Source: a virus. Taken from it: a DNA stretch of 64,000 nucleotides. The DNA lies in the IMG/VR virus record IMGVR_UViG_3300010370_000028, positions 32,001 to 96,000 of that record; one strand, given 5' to 3'. The notes beneath the pieces were generated by a model that saw only the letters and a program-made list of their open reading frames with translations, had not been told where the DNA came from and made no database searches. Shown one piece after another: positions 57,939-64,000 of the stretch (the stretch's first letter is position 1; each line of letters begins with the position of its first letter). The translations under genes and the position numbers were made by a program.

Positions 57939-57956
57939 TATAAAAATCCAACAATG

Positions 57957-57992
57957 GAAAAACCCCAGCTGAAAAGCTGGGGTTTTTCTTTT
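57957..57992. terminator. Bidirectional intrinsic terminator
   Basis: GAAAAACCCCAGCT-GAAA-AGCTGGGGTTTTTC between convergent genes. Confidence 0.9.
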
Positions 57993-58240
57993 TATAGATA
58001 TGTATGACTTTTTAATTGAGCGTTAGATGCTCTATCATATGTGCCGTCACCCCAAAATATCATAGACTTATAATTGCTTTGAGAAAAAGTTAAAGTAATT
58101 GAAACTATTGATGGCATTTCATCAAATGTCCAAAAACCTGTTGTTGGAATTGGTGGCCAAATATATTCATCCCCCAAATATACATATTTGGCAAATTCAT
58201 TGCCAATTTTAATTTCATCTGCATTATTTAAAATACTCAT
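57992..58240 (-). CDS. Small fibre-associated protein
   Basis: IKIGN..KYVYLGDEYIWP motif of phage fibre proteins; PKD-like IFWGDG. Confidence 0.55.
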   Translation of the reverse strand: MSILNNADEIKIGNEFAKYVYLGDEYIWPPIPTTGFWTFDEMPSIVSITLTFSQSNYKSMIFWGDGTYDRASNAQLKSHTYL

Positions 58241-58449
58241 TCTACAATAATATAAAGCGTATCTGAATTTGGCGTTAATGCATCATATTCATTTTGAGTT
58301 ACTTTTTGAATAGAATTTACTCCAGCATTATTATAAATAAAATTTTTACCGCTAACTTGAGGGACTTTTTCAAAATCTACATCTCCTAAAATATTTTTTG
58401 TATAAATACTATCAGAAATTAATTCGTATACTGTAAATCGGTTGCTCAT
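58237..58449 (-). CDS. Small fibre-associated protein
   Basis: TQNEYDAL..DTLYII motif. Confidence 0.6.
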   Translation of the reverse strand: MSNRFTVYELISDSIYTKNILGDVDFEKVPQVSGKNFIYNNAGVNSIQKVTQNEYDALTPNSDTLYIIVE

Positions 58450-58478
58450 ATTTAATATAAATTAATTTATTAATAATT

Positions 58479-58847
58479 CTACTCTATATCATTACCAACA
58501 TATGATTCTGGTTCAGACAATGGTTCTAAAGCTACAACGCCATCTGCAATAGTATATACTCTTGCTGCTCCTACCTTAGCTCTTACACCTGGTGCTTGTA
58601 CTGCATCAAGTAGAGAATTGATTGATGTAGCTGCATTTTCATGTATACCAAATATCTGCTCAAACTTATTTGTGTTTACTAATTCTTGTAAACATTCAAG
58701 TAGTTGATCTTCTGGCAAACCCCAAACAGCATCATAGGCAACATTAAGAGTATTAGCAGTATTTTGTAATGCTAGTGTAGCTTTAGATACTCGCTTTTCG
58801 AGATTATCTAAGTTTATTTGTAGTTGTGTTTTATCTGTTATATTCAT
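58479..58847 (-). CDS. Hypothetical protein, possible fibre chaperone
   Basis: 122 aa directly downstream of the fibre gene. Confidence 0.55.
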   Translation of the reverse strand: MNITDKTQLQINLDNLEKRVSKATLALQNTANTLNVAYDAVWGLPEDQLLECLQELVNTNKFEQIFGIHENAATSINSLLDAVQAPGVRAKVGAARVYTIADGVVALEPLSEPESYVGNDIE

Positions 58848-58853
58848 AATGCT

Positions 58854-61800
58854 TTAAAATCTTAATGAGTTCCAATTTGAAGGTGGTGTCCATGATGAAC
58901 TATGAGTTACTTTTTCATGTATATAGTCAAGATATAATTCCTGTCTTGTAGAATATGTAAAATTGCCCCAAGCAAATCCTAATTTTTTTGAAGCTCCAAG
59001 AGTATGCAAAGTGTTTACATTTGTCCATGTATTATATGGAGCTTGTGAAAGATTTATATCACCACTACTATATAATACAACATTGTCTCTTTTAATAATA
59101 ATATTAATATAATTTGTGCCACTAATGTTTTGATATTTATATGTAATATTAATCCACTTATTTAAATATGGCGCAAAATCAAACCCAGTGTCTACATAAT
59201 TTACATTGCTTAATGTAGTTGTAAATGTAAACGGAGTAGCGCCTGTACTTGAGTGTGCTGCAATATATAAATTAGTATTACCAAATAAACCTGGACTGTA
59301 TAATAATCCTCCTCTTAGAGCTTGATCACCACCACCAGTTCCACCCCAAGGAACTGGACCAATTTTAAAATATTGTTGAGTGCCAGAGGCTGTGTTTAAC
59401 ATAAATCTAAATGTTATTTCAGTACCTGAGATAAGATCTGAGTTTAAGCAACGGGCTAAACCGAAATGTAGCGCTTGGTTACTTGCAGTTGGACCTCTAA
59501 CCAACAACGCTCCATTCCATGTATATCTATCATTGCCAGTAAATCCGCCACCAGGACTAATAGTATTTCCAAATAATTGTGATGGAGCTAAAGTAGGAGT
59601 CCCAGACGCTGTTCCAAAATTTAAAAGTCCTGCTGAAACAGCATCAAGATACTTATCAAAATCTTCAAATTGTTCTGTTGTGTGTAAAAGCGTGTCAGTC
59701 GTAACTGGATTTTTTTCTAAATATCTAACATCACCAATTACTTTTGTAATTATACTACCATCACCACCATTAAGTGTTTGGTTGGGTATAGTGTTTTGAT
59801 CACCGTATAATATAGCGTCATCTTGAATTATAACTGTACCGTTTACTTCAAGAGCAGCTATTGGTGTAACTGTTCCAATACCAACTCTATTACTACTGCT
59901 ATCGACAAATAAAACATTTGTATCTACTGCAAGATTACCAGTTGTATTTATATCACCTTGAATATTAACATTTCCAGTTACATTAATTCCAGTGGCAAAT
60001 GTTTTAACTCCACTTATTACTTGAGAACTTGTCAGGCTTACATATCTCTCATCAGCTATACCAGTTGTTAAGAATGAGCCTGTTGATGAAGTAGTAACAT
60101 AATTTGATAAATCTACGCCAGTTATATAACCGCTTGGATTATTTGCTGCATAAAAATTACCAGTTTGTGAATTAGTAATAAAGTTACCAGTTTCTGATTT
60201 TAAAACATAATCTCCTGTCACACTGTTTAGTGTAGTAATTTGTACTTGTAAACTTCCACTTATTCCAGTCACTTGTTCATAAGCGGCAATAGTATTCAAG
60301 ATGCTTAAATCACTAGCTCTAGTTCCAATACCAAATTTAAATTTATCAGAATGATCAAATCCAATAATTGCGCCAGAATCATTTATTCCAGTAAGTCCAG
60401 AACCAGTAACAAAGAAAATACCACCATCAACTGCTCCACCAGTTAAGTTGAGCATTATATAATTACTAGCAATATTTGTATTAGTTGTATTAACTATTGT
60501 TTCAAGACCTGTAACATATAAATTATTAATGTACACCCTATCATGGAAAGTTTTATCTCCAAGGATTGTTTCTGCGCCAGTTGTATTTACATATCTAGAC
60601 TCAGATTCATCTTTTGTATAGTAATTGCCAGAAAATGATAGATCAACTCCAGTAATATAGCCAGAAGGATTAGAGTTTAGATAAAAAGAACCTGTTTGAT
60701 TATTAAGGGTAGTAATTTGGGTCTGTAATTCACCACTTATTCCTGTTACATAAGTTTGAGTAGCGTATGAAGAAAGATCTATGCCTGTTATAAATCCACT
60801 TGGATTTGAATTAGAGTAAAATTGACCAGTTTCATTTTTATTAACATAATCATTTAAAACTCCAGTGCTTAAAGATTCACCTTCTAATAAAACTCCCGTT
60901 CCACTTACAGTTGGGCGGGTAGTAAAATTTTTCACACCACTAATAGTTTGTGGTCCAGATGTTAATACGAATGCGGCAGAAGAACCAACGTCTGGTATAG
61001 TATATGTGCGATTTGCATTAATTGACGGAACATGAATAAATATTGAATTACCACCATCACCAGTTTTTAATGCAATTTGGTTTAAATCTAACCTTATAAT
61101 TGGACCACTATCAAAAGTTTTTTGGCCACTAATTATTTGATTTCCAGTTATAAAAACAGCATTTCCAGTAATATAACCAGAAGGATTTGTTCTTGGATAA
61201 AATTGACCCGTCTCTGAAATTAAAACAACGCCAGTTGTACTTACTGTTGGACGAACATTAAAATTCTTGGTCCCACTTATAGTTTGATTCCCAGTTGTGA
61301 AAACAACATTGGTTAAATTACTACCAAATTGACCTGTTTCTGAAGTTAAAATGACACCAGTCCCATTGACTGTCGGACGAGTAGTAAAATTTTTAGTTCC
61401 ATTTATTGTTTGATCTGCAATTGTATAAACAACATTACTTAATCCAGTGATATAACCAGAAGGGTTACTTCTTGGATAAAATTGACCCGTCTCTGAAACT
61501 AAAACAACACCAATTGTGCTTACTGTTGGACGAACATTAAAATTTTTAGTTCCACTTATTGTTTGGTTTCCAGTTGTGAAAACAACATTAGTTAAATTAA
61601 CTCCCGTTATAAATCCAGAAGGATTTGAACTAGCATAAAATTGACCAGTTTGACTATTAGTAATAAACTCGCCAGTTTGATTATTAGTAACGAAATTGCC
61701 AGTTTGACTATTAGTAATAAAATTACCAGTTTCAGTTGGTCTGACAACATTACCAGTTATTAAATTTAAATATTCGCTAGAAGTAAGGTGATAAAATTGA

Positions 61801-62108
61801 TTTTCAGATCCGCCTTGTAAACCAACTAATAAATTATGATCAATTTGATCATTACCACCATTAATATGAGTGGCCGCATGTGGAACTAAATCTCCAGCAC
61901 TTATATCAAAACTATTTTCATCAGTTCCAATATTAACTATTGTTGAAGTTGATGAAACCTCAGATCCAATAAAATCACCATCATTAATTCCAATGTCAAT
62001 ATTTGTTGAAGTTGGAGAAACTATTGACTCAATAGAAGTACCATTATTAACCCCAATATCAATATTTGTCGAAGTTGATGTTGTTACAGATATACTTGTA
62101 TCACTCAT
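58854..62108 (-). CDS. Tail/collar fibre protein
   Basis: TGNQTISG.KNF, NPSG(Y/F)ITG, RVGIGT repeats; C-terminal lectin-like beta domain. Confidence 0.75.
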   Translation of the reverse strand: MSDTSISVTTSTSTNIDIGVNNGTSIESIVSPTSTNIDIGINDGDFIGSEVSSTSTIVNIGTDENSFDISAGDLVPHAATHINGGNDQIDHNLLVGLQGGSENQFYHLTSSEYLNLITGNVVRPTETGNFITNSQTGNFVTNNQTGEFITNSQTGQFYASSNPSGFITGVNLTNVVFTTGNQTISGTKNFNVRPTVSTIGVVLVSETGQFYPRSNPSGYITGLSNVVYTIADQTINGTKNFTTRPTVNGTGVILTSETGQFGSNLTNVVFTTGNQTISGTKNFNVRPTVSTTGVVLISETGQFYPRTNPSGYITGNAVFITGNQIISGQKTFDSGPIIRLDLNQIALKTGDGGNSIFIHVPSINANRTYTIPDVGSSAAFVLTSGPQTISGVKNFTTRPTVSGTGVLLEGESLSTGVLNDYVNKNETGQFYSNSNPSGFITGIDLSSYATQTYVTGISGELQTQITTLNNQTGSFYLNSNPSGYITGVDLSFSGNYYTKDESESRYVNTTGAETILGDKTFHDRVYINNLYVTGLETIVNTTNTNIASNYIMLNLTGGAVDGGIFFVTGSGLTGINDSGAIIGFDHSDKFKFGIGTRASDLSILNTIAAYEQVTGISGSLQVQITTLNSVTGDYVLKSETGNFITNSQTGNFYAANNPSGYITGVDLSNYVTTSSTGSFLTTGIADERYVSLTSSQVISGVKTFATGINVTGNVNIQGDINTTGNLAVDTNVLFVDSSSNRVGIGTVTPIAALEVNGTVIIQDDAILYGDQNTIPNQTLNGGDGSIITKVIGDVRYLEKNPVTTDTLLHTTEQFEDFDKYLDAVSAGLLNFGTASGTPTLAPSQLFGNTISPGGGFTGNDRYTWNGALLVRGPTASNQALHFGLARCLNSDLISGTEITFRFMLNTASGTQQYFKIGPVPWGGTGGGDQALRGGLLYSPGLFGNTNLYIAAHSSTGATPFTFTTTLSNVNYVDTGFDFAPYLNKWINITYKYQNISGTNYINIIIKRDNVVLYSSGDINLSQAPYNTWTNVNTLHTLGASKKLGFAWGNFTYSTRQELYLDYIHEKVTHSSSWTPPSNWNSLRF
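61163..61599 (-). repeat. Direct repeat of about 155 bp at 279-bp period in the fibre gene
   Basis: TATAACCAGAAGG at 61172 and 61451; TCTTGGATAAAATTGACCCGTCTCTGAAA in both copies. Confidence 0.8.
61640..61733 (-). repeat. 27-bp tandem repeat (TGxF(I/V)TNxQ)
   Basis: CCAGTTTGA(C/T)TATTAGTAA three times. Confidence 0.8.
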
Positions 62109-62437
62109 TTTGTAGAGTTTTTAATTATATAAACTGGACCTTCCAATAATTTATCTGGACACTGCCCAGATTTATCTGCATATAAATCCCAATAAGATGG
62201 AGCTAAATCAAGATTTTGTGTTTGAGTTCCATTTAAACTAATTTTTGCAATACCACCAGTTATATTTACAATTTCTGTATTAAAAACAGCTTGAAGTGCA
62301 TCATCAAAATTTCTACGTATTTGCCCTGTAAGGGTAACTCCACTTAAATTATATATTCCGCCATTTTGTCTAATGGTAAGGGTTAAGTCGTAACAAGCCC
62401 TTTGTTCAATAGTTATCCCAGTATATGCAGCACTCAT
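62105..62437 (-). CDS. BppU-N/LtfC-like fibre attachment protein
   Basis: ITIEQ..NLSG..GQIR..GIAKISL..QT..YWDL..LLEG pattern; upstream of the fibre gene. Confidence 0.7.
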   Translation of the reverse strand: MSAAYTGITIEQRACYDLTLTIRQNGGIYNLSGVTLTGQIRRNFDDALQAVFNTEIVNITGGIAKISLNGTQTQNLDLAPSYWDLYADKSGQCPDKLLEGPVYIIKNSTK

Positions 62438-62446
62438 CAAAGATTA

Positions 62447-62452
62447 TTACAC
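62447..62452 (-). promoter_or_regulatory. GTGTAA motif formed by the last codon and stop of the SET gene
   Basis: 9 nt upstream of ATG 62437. Confidence 0.55.
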
Positions 62453-62854
62453 CCAATCCACCTCTTCTGGAAGATATTTACACGTGAGTTCTTCTCCTAT
62501 TTTTATATTTCTTACAGCAAAATAGGTATCAGTATTTAAATCATGATATAAATTAGGCTCTTCTGAGTGATTTACATAGTAAGATGGATTAATTTTATTA
62601 ATTGGGCAATCTATCCAAAAACCATGATCGTTATGATTGCACATTTGTTTGATATAACCAATAATCTCCTCATCTATATTATCTACCTCAAGCCATTGGA
62701 TAAATTGGTTTGTATTTGTTGCAAATACAATGTCTTCTTTTTCAATATTTGTAATCGCAAAAACCCCTACGCCAGCCCCATTAATTTTACTTGGAGCTAG
62801 TTTTACAATGGTTTTATCAAAGAGTTCCTGTAATATTTGTTTTTTGAGGTTCAT
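62447..62854 (-). CDS. SET-domain protein-lysine methyltransferase
   Basis: SKINGAGVGVFA, YVNHSEEPN, RNIKIGEELTCKY. Confidence 0.9.
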   Translation of the reverse strand: MNLKKQILQELFDKTIVKLAPSKINGAGVGVFAITNIEKEDIVFATNTNQFIQWLEVDNIDEEIIGYIKQMCNHNDHGFWIDCPINKINPSYYVNHSEEPNLYHDLNTDTYFAVRNIKIGEELTCKYLPEEVDWV

Positions 62855-63470
62855 TGGTAAATTCTGTCATATAACTATAATCTGTATATTGTACTCTTTT
62901 ATTTTCAACACTATATACAGTTAAATCTATTTTATATCCTGGATTTTTATCAATTGAAGTGTCAACCCAAGCGTCATCATGCCATATAATTCTATTATTT
63001 GGGTAAGCATAAAAGTTGCCATTATCCATTTTAAATAGATGAGCGCATTTATGTTCTGGGGTTTCTGAGAAATTTGTATCAAGTATAGCTTTATTTTCCC
63101 AACCCCAATCTAAAGTAAACATATATTCACCCCATTCCTTTTGGCCCTTTGGATTGATGAGTTTAGCCTTTAATCCTTTCAACCTTGTTCTAACCTGAAC
63201 ATCAACATATGGGCTGAAACAATCCCAATACATTGCGTGTTCAAGTGGTACTGGATCACATTCTTTCCAGCAGAATGCTGTAATTGGGCGGCGAGTCCAA
63301 TTTACGCCATTTGTTAAAAAAGCTTCAAAAAGTGGTACTCTTTTTTCAATTGAGGCTACTGAATGAACATCGCAAGGAGTATATTCACCATGCCCCTTTT
63401 CATGATTAAAAAGATACTCGTTTCTTATTAAACAAGTAATAGTAGGAATATTGTGATTAAGATAGGACAC
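62817..63470 (-). CDS. Conserved-looking phage hypothetical protein
   Basis: GTG start at 63470 (8 nt after GTGTAA); YWDCFS, YMFTLDW, EHKCAH, YAYPNNRIIW. Confidence 0.7.
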   Translation of the reverse strand: MSYLNHNIPTITCLIRNEYLFNHEKGHGEYTPCDVHSVASIEKRVPLFEAFLTNGVNWTRRPITAFCWKECDPVPLEHAMYWDCFSPYVDVQVRTRLKGLKAKLINPKGQKEWGEYMFTLDWGWENKAILDTNFSETPEHKCAHLFKMDNGNFYAYPNNRIIWHDDAWVDTSIDKNPGYKIDLTVYSVENKRVQYTDYSYMTEFTNEPQKTNITGTL

Positions 63471-63478
63471 TATTAATT

Positions 63479-63484
63479 TTACAC
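63479..63484 (-). promoter_or_regulatory. GTGTAA motif
   Basis: 8 nt upstream of GTG 63470. Confidence 0.55.
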
Positions 63485-63523
63485 AAAAAAACAATAGAAA
63501 TCTAATTTTTAGTTATTAGTATC

Positions 63524-64000
63524 ATGCATATGTTTACGCTATATAAGCCAAATTCTAAAAATACTGGATGCGCCTTTTCATTTAAAATTGGAACTCATGG
63601 TAAAGATAAAGAACCCTGCATTTATGTAAATGCAATCCAACAACATTCTTGGAATGAAAAAACAAAAAATGGTTCATTCTCTGAAAATGCTAAAAATCCA
63701 GATAAAACAATTACTTTTAAATTAAATGAAGTCGAGGCTGCTGGTTTAATTTATGCTGTTTCTGAATATGTCGAATATAAGGCATTTCATTCCTATGAAG
63801 ATAATAAAACAACTATTAGCTTCAAACCATATACAAAACAAGATGGAACTAAAGCATTCTCTCTTAGTGTTGTAAAAAACTCAGCACTTAAATTTGGCAT
63901 GGGATTTGAAATGTCTGAAGCTTATCTTCTCAAATCTTTTTGTGAAAAGATTCTTAATGAACTATTTGAATATCGTATTAGCAGTCAAAAACAAAACAAC
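63524..64000 (+). CDS. Whirly/PC4-like ssDNA-binding protein, 3' truncated (absent from the ORF track)
   Basis: Hand translation is open to the window end: MHMFTLYKPNSKNTGCAFSF...KTITFKLNEVEAAGLI...AFH...KTTISFKP..DGTKAFSLSV...EAYLL. Confidence 0.6.
   Translation, partial: MHMFTLYKPNSKNTGCAFSFKIGTHGKDKEPCIYVNAIQQHSWNEKTKNGSFSENAKNPDKTITFKLNEVEAAGLIYAVSEYVEYKAFHSYEDNKTTISFKPYTKQDGTKAFSLSVVKNSALKFGMGFEMSEAYLLKSFCEKILNELFEYRISSQKQNN

Noticed and set aside
61163-61599. Diversity-generating retroelement TR/VR pair
   Set aside because: Both copies are in-frame within one fibre gene, mismatches are mostly synonymous and not adenine-specific, and no reverse transcriptase is in the window
61640-61733. 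CRISPR array or iterons
   Set aside because: The 27-bp units are contiguous coding repeats without spacers
1596-62924. Many short antisense or alternate-frame ORFs in the track (e.g. 2826-3218, 5094-5507, 59380-59799)
   Set aside because: They shadow well-supported genes and lack motifs or expression signals
1-64000. Stop-codon reassignment
   Set aside because: Standard-code ORFs tile the window densely, and TAA, TGA and TAG all end plausible genes

Overview
The whole window is AT-rich, gene-dense DNA of a large tailed dsDNA bacteriophage. It is probably siphovirus-like: very long tape measure, tail-tube paralogues, no sheath gene seen. Left to right it holds a head module (portal, protease-scaffold, decoration, major capsid) and an inverted neck/tail-tube block. 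Next come two tail chaperone-like genes, a 2986-aa tape-measure protein and tail-tip/fibre genes. A minus-strand block follows (Hsp20, glycosyltransferase, SSB, sigma-like factor, dNMP kinase, dUTPase), then class I RNR and a 7-gene sugar-modification cluster ending in gmd. The right part has a replication module (RecA, DnaB, DnaG, Cas4-like nuclease, three-part DnaE), a Clp ATPase, a second fibre block, a SET-domain gene and a truncated Whirly-like gene. The top observation is that the tape-measure protein carries an internal array of unrelated cargo modules, two with PD-(D/E)xK-like motifs, each bounded by a repeated G(F/Y)(I/V)PN(F/Y)(A/V) linker. This suggests a processed, virion-delivered polymorphic effector polyprotein. 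Also notable are a GTGTAA motif just upstream of many late-type genes, near-leaderless sigma70 promoters, a nested scaffold gene, a C-type lectin inserted in a tail-tube paralogue, and possible virion glycosylation. All product calls come from motif recognition and synteny by eye; no searches were run.
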